DNA from: Candidatus Marinacidobacterales bacterium
GTDB taxonomy: Bacteria; Acidobacteriota; Vicinamibacteria; Marinacidobacterales; DATDRI01
Length of the DNA stretch: 64,000 nucleotides
Direction: 5' to 3'
Assembly (NCBI GenBank): GCA_965219415.1
Contig: CBDCNP010000002.1
Span: 1,536,001-1,600,000 of the forward strand
This document shows, piece by piece, positions 40,259 through 50,776 of this stretch (the stretch's first letter is position 1; each line of letters starts with the position of its first letter). A program made the translations under genes and the position numbers. The notes under the pieces were generated by a model, which saw only the letters and a list, made by a program, of their open reading frames with translations, had not been told where the DNA came from and made no database searches.

Positions 40259-40525
40259 ATGTTGCCACAAGAACAGAAAAGCGCATTCAACCAGTTCTAT
40301 CGGTCGGCAAGGCGCAACAAGTTTCTAACGCCGAAAGAAACCGTGCTCATCCATCTCGCTTCCGCTATGGCTCTCGGCTGCCATCCTTGAATGGAACACT
40401 ACTTTGGCGTCGCCAAAGAAGAGGGAATCACCGATGAAGACATCGGTGCGGCGCAGTCGATTGTGATGGCGGTGGCTGCAGGACGGGTGCGCACCCAGTT
40501 CCGGGAGGCGCGTCACAAAGTTTGA
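40259..40525 (+). CDS. AhpD/carboxymuconolactone decarboxylase-like selenoprotein (CxxU), 88 aa
   Basis: MLPQEQKSAFNQFYRSARRNKFLTPKETVLIHLASAMALGCHP-UGA(40388)-MEHYFGVAKEEGITDEDIGAAQSIVMAVAAGRVRTQFREARHKV*. The CMD pattern L..KE..LI.LA.A.A.GC..C...H...A...G.T..EI is continuous across the UGA. RBS GAGGTGA. Confidence 0.85.
40402..40418 (+). promoter_or_regulatory. Putative bacterial SECIS hairpin
   Basis: CTTTGGC-GTC-GCCAAAG: 7-bp stem, loop starting GU, 11 nt after the UGA. Confidence 0.7.
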
Positions 40526-40551
40526 CGGAGACTAAGGGAGATTCGCAGAAG

Positions 40552-41526
40552 CTACTCGACGATATGGCTCGTCAGCGTGCCGAGTCCCTCGACCACGCCC
40601 TCGACGACGTCTCCCGGCTGGAGCCAGCGTGGGGTTTTCATTCCGGCTGCTACCCCCGGCGGGCTCCCGCTGGTGATCACGTCTCCGGGCTCGAGTGTCG
40701 TGTTCGACCACCAAGAGACCATCTCCGCAAACTTGTACTGCATTTGAGACGTGTTCGAATCCTGACGCACCTCGCCGTTCACGAGTAACTTCATGCTGAG
40801 GTTCACGGGATCCTCGATCTCGTCCTGGGTCACTAGATGCGGACCCAGCGGGCACGATCCGTTGAAACTCTTTCCCAGATAGACCACGCGGTTGGAATGC
40901 TCGCGCGCCTGGATATCGCGGGCCGACAGATCGTTGAAAACGGTGAAGCCGGCGACGTAGTCGAGGGCGTCTTCGACACTCACCCGGAACGCTTCCTTAC
41001 CGATGATGGTCGCCACTTCGACTTCATAGTCGAGCTGCTTCGTGAAGTGTGGGACTGGCACTTTGGCTCCCGAGGCGGAGACCGAGGAGGGAGCCTGCAG
41101 GAAACCCGTGGGGTGCTCGAAACTGAAGGTCTTCCAGTCGTGAGATTTCCACTCCGGTTCACTCCAGGTCGTCAGCTCTTTGAGGTGCGCAGGGAAATTG
41201 CACGCGGTATGGATGATCTTGCCGGGGCGCGGAACCGGGGCCATGAGCTCAATCTCGTCGGGACGGTAGGCGTAGCGCTTACCGTTCGAGGCCTTGAGTG
41301 AATCCAGATCGCCCGTCTCGAGCGCTGCTTTCTTGAGCTCTGCCGGAAGTCCTTCCAGCGCCGAACGGGCCTTGCGCATCGCGGCATCTCCCGCCCAGAG
41401 AAAATCCAACATCGACGAGGGAAGCTCGCCGTCGGTCAGCGCGGGCAGATCGATATAGAGGTCTTCTAGAAAGGCACCGGTGGTCGGTGCATCGCCACCC
41501 TTTTTCTTGAACGTCGCTAGCTTCAT
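40552..41526 (-). CDS. Fumarylacetoacetate hydrolase family protein
   Basis: PVPRPGKII, LDYEVE, NDLSARDIQ, GKSF, LEPGDVITSGSPPGV. Confidence 0.92.
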   Translation of the reverse strand: MKLATFKKKGGDAPTTGAFLEDLYIDLPALTDGELPSSMLDFLWAGDAAMRKARSALEGLPAELKKAALETGDLDSLKASNGKRYAYRPDEIELMAPVPRPGKIIHTACNFPAHLKELTTWSEPEWKSHDWKTFSFEHPTGFLQAPSSVSASGAKVPVPHFTKQLDYEVEVATIIGKEAFRVSVEDALDYVAGFTVFNDLSARDIQAREHSNRVVYLGKSFNGSCPLGPHLVTQDEIEDPVNLSMKLLVNGEVRQDSNTSQMQYKFAEMVSWWSNTTLEPGDVITSGSPPGVAAGMKTPRWLQPGDVVEGVVEGLGTLTSHIVE

Positions 41527-41570
41527 TTGATCTCCACTCTCCCTACTCCCCCACTATGCCTTACTGGACT

Positions 41571-42647
41571 CTATTGGGCTGGCGGTTTGAGCTTGGGAAC
41601 TACTTGCTCGCCCAAGAGCCGGATGGTCTCCAGGTTGTCCTCTTGGCTCGCACCCACCACTTCCATGAGTGGCAGATTGAGTCCCGAATCGACAAGCTGC
41701 TGCAGGAGCTCCAGACAGTCGTCGGGAGTCCCGGCGATCACGGTGAATTTGCGCATCACGTCGTCGCTCACCAACTGGGTCACGTTGTCCTCGGTGCCTG
41801 CTTCGATGGCGGCTCGGAACGGCGTCCAGGTTTCATCCGGCAGCCCGGAGCTGCTCAGAATGACATCATTCTGGATGTTCCGAAGCTTGTTGATGACGTA
41901 GGTACCGGTGTAGCTACGCGCTGCGTCACGTGCCTTGGCGCCATCCCGCGAGCAAGCCGCCAGGATCACGCCACCTACCGGATAATCCGGCACCGGCTTG
42001 CGGCCCGCCTTCTCGAAACCCTTGTGCAGATTGTCCTTGGCATAACGGACGAAACCCGGGTTGGTCAAACCGGGCAAGAGCAAGCCGTCCGCTATTTTGC
42101 CGGCTAACTGCTGCATGTACGGCCCGGTCGCTCCGATGTAAACCGGTATGTAGGTCCTTAGCCCCCGGCCGGCCCGATCCATGGCGGGAACATCGGCCTG
42201 GTACAGATCCCCTTTGTAAGTGAACTTCTCGCCCGTCACGATGCCGCGGAAGATTTCGATCGACTCTCGGTGGACCTTGACCGGCGACTGCTTCTTGAGG
42301 TCGACCTCCAAATAGACGATTCCGACTTTGCCCGCACCCAAGCCCATGATGAAACGCCCACCCGAAAGCTCGTCCAAAGCCACCGCCTCGGACGCCTGCG
42401 CAGTCGGATGCCGCACGTACGGCGAGGTAATACCAAGGCCGATTGGAATCTTCTTGGTCGCGGTTATCGCCGCGGCCAGAGTAGCCATACACCCGCGCGA
42501 CTCGTGACCGTACTTGCGAAACCAGTGGTAGGCCTCCGCGATCCAAAAACCCCCGCTCAGGTTGGACTCCTCGGTTTGCCGGGCATACGCCTGGACGGCC
42601 GACATCGGCTCGTACGACTTGAAAATGACTCCTACCTTCGCGCTCAT
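41571..42647 (-). CDS. LLM-class flavin/F420-dependent oxidoreductase
   Basis: WIAE, IGLGITSPYVRHP, LDELSGGRFIMGLGAG, IPVYIGATGP...LAGKIADG; start ATG 42647 with AGGAG. Confidence 0.88.
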   Translation of the reverse strand: MSAKVGVIFKSYEPMSAVQAYARQTEESNLSGGFWIAEAYHWFRKYGHESRGCMATLAAAITATKKIPIGLGITSPYVRHPTAQASEAVALDELSGGRFIMGLGAGKVGIVYLEVDLKKQSPVKVHRESIEIFRGIVTGEKFTYKGDLYQADVPAMDRAGRGLRTYIPVYIGATGPYMQQLAGKIADGLLLPGLTNPGFVRYAKDNLHKGFEKAGRKPVPDYPVGGVILAACSRDGAKARDAARSYTGTYVINKLRNIQNDVILSSSGLPDETWTPFRAAIEAGTEDNVTQLVSDDVMRKFTVIAGTPDDCLELLQQLVDSGLNLPLMEVVGASQEDNLETIRLLGEQVVPKLKPPAQ

Positions 42648-42746
42648 TTTTTCTCCTGTTGATACCACCCTCACCCGCCGTCTGACCACCCTGTTCGTGG
42701 CGCGGCGTATTTTGACGGCCTAACTGTCTCTAAGGGAGAGGGCACC

Positions 42747-43943
42747 TTATGACAGCTCTTGAACGACCTTTCGAAACTCGTCGTCCGTAATCAGCCGGCC
42801 CTTTTGCGTTCCTTGGCTCTTCACCTCCGCCAGAATCGGGGCGATTTTGTGCTCAGGGACATCGAGCCCCAGCTCCTTCGCCTTTAGTTGAACGCTGGCC
42901 ACACCGCTCTTCTTGCCTAACACGATTCTCCGATCCGCGGACACAAGGTCGGACGCGTAGGGCTCGATGGCTTCCGGTATATGGAACTGGCTGGCCACCG
43001 CCCCGCTTTCACGAACGAAGAGATTCTCGCCGACCACCGGCTTCCAAGCATCGACACGGTAACCTCCGGCCTTCTGCACCACCCGTGAGACTTCTCGGGC
43101 TTTCGTGAGGTCGAGCTCGACGGGAACGTTGTAAAGGCATTGAAGTGCCAAGGCGACTTCCACGATGTCGGCATTGCCGGCGCGCTCGCCCATTCCGTTG
43201 ATGGTGCCTTGAATCCAGCGAGCGCCGCCCCTCACCGCGGCAACCGCGGATGCCGTCGCCAGACCGAAGTCGTCGTGCCCGTGAAAGTGGATCGGGATGT
43301 CCGGCCCCACCCAACTCTTCACTTCGCGTACCAATCGTTCCACCGCTTCCGGCGAGCAAGCCCCGATGGTGTCGACGATGGCGACTTCTTCCGCCCCGGT
43401 CTCGATGGCGGCCGCGTACAGGTCGCGCAAGAAAGCGAGATCACTCCGTGTGCTGTCTACCGGAAAAAACGTGACCTTCATACCGTGGTCGCGGGCGTGC
43501 TTGATGGCGGTCGTCGCGCGTTGGATGACCTTTTCGCGCGTGAAACCGTAGGCCTCCATCTTGATGTCGCTGGTTGAGATCTCGATGACCGTCCCCTTCA
43601 GCCCGAGCTCGACGAGAGCATCCAGATCCTGGATCACCGCTCGCGAGAATCCATAGGGCTCCGATTCCAATCCCGCTTCCACGATGCGCTTCACCGCCTC
43701 GGCGTCCGCTTCTGAAACCCTCGGAAACCCCGCTTCGATACGGCCCACCTTGAGGTCCGAGAGCTTGCGGGCGATCTCGACCTTTTCATCCGGCGTGAAG
43801 ACCACGCCCACCGTCTGCTCCCCGTCCCGCAACGTGGTGTCGTAAAAGCGGACGGGGGTCGAGCGGTCGAACGGCGACTGAATCTTCTCGTCCTTATTTA
43901 GATCGCTTATCCAGATTTGTTCCGACGATACTCCGCTGCTCAT
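42747..43943 (-). CDS. LeuA/homocitrate synthase-like DRE-TIM acyltransferase lacking a regulatory domain
   Basis: DTTLRDGEQ, IEAGFP, HGHDDFGLA, NGMGERAGNA, LGKKSG. Confidence 0.88.
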   Translation of the reverse strand: MSSGVSSEQIWISDLNKDEKIQSPFDRSTPVRFYDTTLRDGEQTVGVVFTPDEKVEIARKLSDLKVGRIEAGFPRVSEADAEAVKRIVEAGLESEPYGFSRAVIQDLDALVELGLKGTVIEISTSDIKMEAYGFTREKVIQRATTAIKHARDHGMKVTFFPVDSTRSDLAFLRDLYAAAIETGAEEVAIVDTIGACSPEAVERLVREVKSWVGPDIPIHFHGHDDFGLATASAVAAVRGGARWIQGTINGMGERAGNADIVEVALALQCLYNVPVELDLTKAREVSRVVQKAGGYRVDAWKPVVGENLFVRESGAVASQFHIPEAIEPYASDLVSADRRIVLGKKSGVASVQLKAKELGLDVPEHKIAPILAEVKSQGTQKGRLITDDEFRKVVQELS

Positions 43944-44069
43944 TTTTGGCTGCCTCTCAGAAATTGTTGATGGGTGGGCGGTTAGCCCCTGGAAGTGCGA
44001 AAACGCCGTCCTCAACCCAAGCCATTATAATAATAAATGACGGTGCGATGCCCGGTCGCCGGTCGGCTG

Positions 44070-44879
44070 TCAGGCAAGGGCGATCGGCCGCACCAGCGAC
44101 GCCTCGCCACCCTTTAACTTCAGCGGAAGCACGATCACCGTTGACTCGAAACGGGCGTCCTTCGACATCTCCTCAAGCTTCAGGCTCTTCATGACATAAA
44201 TGCCGTTCTCGACCATGAGAATGCGGTGCGCGGCAAAGGGCGCGGGCACCCCAATCGAAAGATTGTCCGTACCGACCAATCTCGGTTTTTTGTCGGCCAC
44301 CCATTGTGCCGCGGCGTCGTTCAGGCCCGCCCATTTGTACAAATACTTCTCCCCGTCGGTCTCGAAGAAACGCGAATACCCCGTCCGGATCAAAACGCAG
44401 TCGCCCTCTTGGATCGGCACGTTCGCCGCTTTGGCGGCGCCCTCCAAGTCCTCGGGAGTAATGGCGTATCGTTCGGGCAGAATGTCCACTTCCTTGTAAG
44501 CGGGTACATCCAGCAGTACCGCCTTGAGAATGAGAGGGGGTACTTTTTCCATGCTGTGAAGAGGCTCGGGGAGATCGACGAAACCCGTGTCGCGCTGGTA
44601 GGGCGTGGGATCGATGCCGAGGACCTTCAGATCCTGGGACATGTGCACCGGTACGTCGAAGTGCGTCCCGGAGTGCATGGAAGTAATGACCAGGCTGATC
44701 GCGTCGGCGAACCCCGGCTCGATCTCTTCGAAAAGCTTGGCGACGTACTCATGGTACCGGTAGAGGTAGAACTGGAACGGCGGATCGAAGGGATGGACCG
44801 GCATCCCGGTCCAGTACGGCTGACCGAGGTCGTAGACCTTCGCGTTTCTTATGAGCTCATGGAGTGCTTGCTGTGCCAT
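44070..44879 (-). CDS. Cyclase family metal-dependent hydrolase
   Basis: YDLGQP, MHSGTHFDVPVH, GDCVLIRTG, VGTDN, PLKLKGGEASLVRPIA. Confidence 0.87.
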   Translation of the reverse strand: MAQQALHELIRNAKVYDLGQPYWTGMPVHPFDPPFQFYLYRYHEYVAKLFEEIEPGFADAISLVITSMHSGTHFDVPVHMSQDLKVLGIDPTPYQRDTGFVDLPEPLHSMEKVPPLILKAVLLDVPAYKEVDILPERYAITPEDLEGAAKAANVPIQEGDCVLIRTGYSRFFETDGEKYLYKWAGLNDAAAQWVADKKPRLVGTDNLSIGVPAPFAAHRILMVENGIYVMKSLKLEEMSKDARFESTVIVLPLKLKGGEASLVRPIALA

Positions 44880-44944
44880 CGATCCCCCCCGTCGCCTGCC
44901 CATTCACGACCGGGGGCAATACTAGCTAATCCACGCGGTCCGAT

Positions 44945-45337
44945 TCAACCTCGCCGCCTCACCAACGATTCTCGGATCCATGGCAACAAGTGCTCGAAGT
45001 CACAACTCCCCTGCTCGAGCAGCCCAATGAGACACCTGTGGGCCTCATCTGGATCGACTTGAAATTTCCAGCCATTCAGTCTGAGAAACACGTCCGTCGC
45101 AAAGAAGGCGACCCGCTTGTTCCCGTCAACGAAGGGTGGATTCATGAGCAGTGATTCGAAAAGAGCCGTGGCCATCTCGGCGATGTCACCGTAGTAGCCG
45201 GTCTGCGGCCTGAACAGGGCGCTTTCTAGGAGGCCTAGGTCGCGGACTCCAACCGGTCCACCGAACTCTTGAATGAGCCGGCCGTGAATCGCCAGAGCTT
45301 CATCGACACTAAGGAAAACAACCGACTTAGTCGGCAA
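44945..45337 (-). CDS. doc: Death-on-curing (Doc/Fic) family toxin
   Basis: FGGPVGVRDLGLLESALFRP and NPPFVDGNKRVA (Fic motif, with the His position reading Pro). Confidence 0.9.
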   Translation of the reverse strand: MPTKSVVFLSVDEALAIHGRLIQEFGGPVGVRDLGLLESALFRPQTGYYGDIAEMATALFESLLMNPPFVDGNKRVAFFATDVFLRLNGWKFQVDPDEAHRCLIGLLEQGSCDFEHLLPWIRESLVRRRG

Positions 45338-45539
45338 GGAGGCGGCCCAGCTTCTCGTTCTCCGCTATGGAAGCGTCGAGGTGCCGGAGGACGTCGGGCC
45401 GGACCCTTCGGCGACGAATGTACTCCCGGATCGCCTCGGTGAGCAGGCCCGAGATGCTCTGGTGAGAATCCGAGGCTAACTGTTTCAGGTCGTTCCAGAC
45501 CGATTCGTCTACTTTGGAGCTAACTTTAATGGGTCCCAT
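45327..45539 (-). CDS. Putative ribbon-helix-helix antitoxin
   Basis: 70 aa, overlaps the doc start; beta-alpha-alpha pattern IKVSSKVDESVWNDLK...SISGLLTEAIREYI; C-terminal ENEKLGRLLA. Confidence 0.8.
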   Translation of the reverse strand: MGPIKVSSKVDESVWNDLKQLASDSHQSISGLLTEAIREYIRRRRVRPDVLRHLDASIAENEKLGRLLAD

Positions 45540-45582
45540 GGACTTGACATGTCAGGATATGTCAAGTCCGCCCAAGTGTCAA
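45540..45582 (-). promoter_or_regulatory. TA operon promoter and inverted-repeat operator
   Basis: Minus-strand TTGACA (45582-45577)-17 nt-TATCCT (45559-45554); perfect 11-bp inverted repeat GGACTTGACAT-N8-ATGTCAAGTCC at 45540-45569. Confidence 0.75.
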
Positions 45583-45619
45583 ACTCCAGGACCGCCTGAC
45601 AGCCTGACAGGAAGACGAG

Positions 45620-47533
<1,914 letters not shown>

Positions 47534-47560
47534 CGAACACCTCCCGAGATAGGAATTAAA

Positions 47561-48832
47561 TTAGCTTGCAACGCCGCAGAGGGACATCGCGGCTTGGATA
47601 TAGACCTTGACGATGTCGTGGAGATCGCCGATGTGGACATGCTCCCCCTGGTGGGTCGAAAATCCACCGCCGCCGGTTCGGATCCGCCCTGCGGAGCCGT
47701 AGTTCACGGTCGGGATCCCGTAGCGGTTCATGTGCGCGGCATCGCTATACCAGTTCTCGATTCCGAGCTCCGGCGCCTTGCCGAGCTGATCGGTGTGCGC
47801 CTGAACCACCGTTTGGATCAGTTCGTGGTCATCCGGGATGGAAGTTCCGGGAGCCGATACGTAGAGGTCGACAATCGTACCCTCGAGCTTCGAGTGCTTT
47901 TTCACCAAGGCTTGAATGACCTCTCTGACCTCGCGATAAACCTCCACCGGCCAAACGCCAGGCACCGTACGCACGTCCATGTAGATCGAGCAGGAGTCCG
48001 GTGAACGCGCTCCCCGCCAAGGCCAGCCTCCTTCAATCGCCGCGATATTGACCTTGGGTCGGAAATCACCGATCGCATGTTTCGAGCGATACTTGTCGAT
48101 CCATTCGTTGAGCGCGTTCAGCACGAGTCCGGCATGGAGGATGGCATTCTTCTCGAGCTCGCTCCACGCGGTGTGGATCAGGACGCCCGGGATCTTGATC
48201 TTGAGCCAGGTCGTCCCACAATGACGCGGAATGACCTTCATGTTCGTCGGCTCTCCCAGGATGCAATAGTCGGCGGCCGCCCCATGAGTGATGGCGAATT
48301 TCGTGCCCACTCCATAACCCTGGTACTTCGGGTCGTCGTACTCGCCGGTGGGAGCTTTCTCGATCTCCCCGGCCACGCCCGCGATCACGATGTCGCCGGC
48401 GAGGCGGATGCCCGCCGCCTGGATCGCCTGGGATGCCACGGTGTAAGCGGCGAGAGCGCCCTTCATGTTGAACGAGCCCATGCCGTAAATCCACTCGTCG
48501 TCGACGATTGTGGCCTCGGTCTTGTAGCCGATGCCGCGATCGGCCAGCTCCGCACCGAACGACGTGTCGAGATGACCGTTGAACAGCAACGACTTCCCGC
48601 CGCCGGCTCCCTCCAGGATCCCGATGGCGTTGTAGCGGCCGTCCCCGATCGGCTGGAGCGTCGGGCGAAACCCCGCGCCCCCCAGTACCTCGTGAAACGT
48701 GCGGGCTACTTCGGCTTCGTGTCCGGTCGGGCTCGGGACGTTGGTGAGCTCGACCACCAAGTCGACCAGTTGGGACCGATCGATCTTGTTCACCGCCTTG
48801 GCGACGAGCTTGCTGTCAACTTTATTCGGCAT
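47561..48832 (-). CDS. M20/ArgE-DapE family amidohydrolase with variant metal site
   Basis: SPTGHE, FNGHLDT, GMGSFNMKG, AGEIE, LGEPT, SDA, IPTVNYG. Confidence 0.85.
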   Translation of the reverse strand: MPNKVDSKLVAKAVNKIDRSQLVDLVVELTNVPSPTGHEAEVARTFHEVLGGAGFRPTLQPIGDGRYNAIGILEGAGGGKSLLFNGHLDTSFGAELADRGIGYKTEATIVDDEWIYGMGSFNMKGALAAYTVASQAIQAAGIRLAGDIVIAGVAGEIEKAPTGEYDDPKYQGYGVGTKFAITHGAAADYCILGEPTNMKVIPRHCGTTWLKIKIPGVLIHTAWSELEKNAILHAGLVLNALNEWIDKYRSKHAIGDFRPKVNIAAIEGGWPWRGARSPDSCSIYMDVRTVPGVWPVEVYREVREVIQALVKKHSKLEGTIVDLYVSAPGTSIPDDHELIQTVVQAHTDQLGKAPELGIENWYSDAAHMNRYGIPTVNYGSAGRIRTGGGGFSTHQGEHVHIGDLHDIVKVYIQAAMSLCGVAS

Positions 48833-48894
48833 GCCTGCTCCCTTTGAAGCCCTACAACTTAGAGGTTTTAGCGACCTTTCTCAAGTCGCCCGAC

Positions 48895-48923
48895 TTGCAG
48901 TGTCGTGATTCCGGCCTTAGAAT
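48895..48923 (+). promoter_or_regulatory. Putative sigma70 promoter
   Basis: TTGCAG-17 nt-TAGAAT upstream of the AAGGAG RBS of the gene at 48951. Confidence 0.45.
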
Positions 48924-48950
48924 CGGCGCGCCTTCGAAAAGGAGACCCTC

Positions 48951-50225
48951 ATGCTGCGTAAAACCCTTCATTTAAGCTTCATCCTCGCCATTGTCGCGTG
49001 TGGAAGTAGTTCCCAAGAATCCACCACCACGGATGACGTCCAAAAACTAACCGAGGAGGTAATCGTCGCCACGGCCAAGGCGATTCACGAGCGCGTCGTG
49101 ACCATCGATACCCACGACGACATCCCCGAGAACTTCGCGACCGCCGAAGTCGACCCCGGAGTCCGTGGGGAACGACAGGTGGACCTCCCCAAAATGAAGG
49201 AAGGCGGGCTCGACGCGGGCTTTTTCATCGTCTACGTCGGCCAGACCGAGAGGACTCCCGAGAACTACAACAAGGCGAAGGCCGATGCCTTGTTGAAGTT
49301 CGACGCCATCCACCGCATGACGGAAGAGATGTATCCGGACTTGATCGAGCTCGCCTATACCGCGGACGATGTCGAGCAAATCCACGCCGACGGCAAGCTC
49401 GTCGCCTGCATCGGCATCGAGAACGGCTACGTCATCGGTAAGGACTTGAGCTTGCTCGAGAAGTACCATGCGCTCGGAGCACGCTACATCACCCTCGCAC
49501 ACGGCGGGCACAACGACATCGCCGACTCCTCGACGCCTCGGGAACGGCTCGGCGACGCCGAAGAGGAGCATGGCGGCATCAGCAAGTTCGGCGAACAAGT
49601 CATCGCGGAAATGAATCGAATCGGCATCATGGTCGATGTCTCGCACATTTCTAAGCAGGCGATGGCCGAAGCGGCCCGGCTCAGTCGGGCACCGGTCATC
49701 GGCTCGCACTCCAGCACGAAAGCCTTGTCCGATGTGGCTCGCAACATGGACGACGAGCAGTTGCTCGCGCTCAAGGAGAACGGCGGCGTGATCCAAATGG
49801 TCGCACTCGATAGTTTCATCAAGAAACAGCCCGAGAAAGCCGCGGCGCGGCGGGCGCTGTTCGACCAATTGGGGAGCGTCCGTGCGAGCAACCTCACGGA
49901 CGGACAGAGAGAAGAGATCCGCAAGAAGATGGCCGAGCTCGACGAGAAATGGCCCAAGGCTACCGTCTCCGACTTCGTAGACCACATTGATCACGCCGTC
50001 GAGCTCATCGGCATCGATCACGTCGGCATCAGTTCCGATTTTGACGGGGGAGGCGGCATCAACGGCTGGAACGATGCCAGCGAGACCTTGAACGTCACCA
50101 TCGAGCTCGTCCGGCGCGGCTACAGCGAGGAAGAGATCGAAAAACTCTGGGGCGGCAACCTGTTGCGCGTTTGGCGAGAAGTCGAGGGCGTTGCTCGCGA
50201 GATGAAGATGGAGATAACGTCCTAA
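48951..50225 (+). CDS. Membrane dipeptidase (M19), lipoprotein
   Basis: Lipobox IVAC; IDTHDD, GIENG, YITLAH, DVSH, SHS, RNMDD, SDFDGG. Confidence 0.93.
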   Translation: MLRKTLHLSFILAIVACGSSSQESTTTDDVQKLTEEVIVATAKAIHERVVTIDTHDDIPENFATAEVDPGVRGERQVDLPKMKEGGLDAGFFIVYVGQTERTPENYNKAKADALLKFDAIHRMTEEMYPDLIELAYTADDVEQIHADGKLVACIGIENGYVIGKDLSLLEKYHALGARYITLAHGGHNDIADSSTPRERLGDAEEEHGGISKFGEQVIAEMNRIGIMVDVSHISKQAMAEAARLSRAPVIGSHSSTKALSDVARNMDDEQLLALKENGGVIQMVALDSFIKKQPEKAAARRALFDQLGSVRASNLTDGQREEIRKKMAELDEKWPKATVSDFVDHIDHAVELIGIDHVGISSDFDGGGGINGWNDASETLNVTIELVRRGYSEEEIEKLWGGNLLRVWREVEGVAREMKMEITS

Positions 50226-50309
50226 CCCGGCGTCTGGCGCGGCTGAAAGCAGCAACCACGTCGACTGACGCCCAGCACGAGACCCGCGTTACCTTTGGCT
50301 ACAAGCCCC

Positions 50310-50759
50310 ATGTTCGAGGCGCTTCCGAAAGCCGCTGACGAACGCGAGCGCAACAAGAAGCTTCTTATCCTCGCGGCCACGTTCGGCCTTGCCTTGGCCG
50401 CGGCTGGATTGGTCATCGCCCTGGTCTTGGGCGTTTCCGGCTACCACGTCCGCCGTATCACACTCCACGAAGCTCGACTGCAGGGGGTCCAAGATCAGGA
50501 GCCGACCCTCTACCAGGTGGTGGAAGGTCTCAAAGAGAAGGCCCCTCTGATCGCCTCGCCCGAAGCCGAAGAGGAGCTCGCCGAATGGGTCTCCAAGTGG
50601 GGAGACCAAAAACTGGACGAGATTCTTACCAACGGCCGGACGTGGCCGATCGTCCGAATTTTCGAAGCGGGGGACATGATCTACTTCATCTACTTCGATG
50701 AGGAAAAGATCATGAGAAGTTTCGTCTACGTCGACAACCCCGACCACGCGGTGCGATGA
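50310..50759 (+). CDS. Hypothetical membrane-anchored protein
   Basis: Single N-terminal TM helix and coding-like composition; no family recognised. Confidence 0.6.
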   Translation: MFEALPKAADERERNKKLLILAATFGLALAAAGLVIALVLGVSGYHVRRITLHEARLQGVQDQEPTLYQVVEGLKEKAPLIASPEAEEELAEWVSKWGDQKLDEILTNGRTWPIVRIFEAGDMIYFIYFDEEKIMRSFVYVDNPDHAVR

Positions 50760-50776
50760 CGCGACATCGATCTACG

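Noticed and set aside
42747-43943. nifV / nitrogen fixation or a leucine operon
   Set aside because: No nif or leuBCD genes in the window.
45590-45612. GCCTGACA direct repeats as a CRISPR or iteron array
   Set aside because: Only two short adjacent copies with no spacers or cas/rep genes; better explained as part of the TA operator region.
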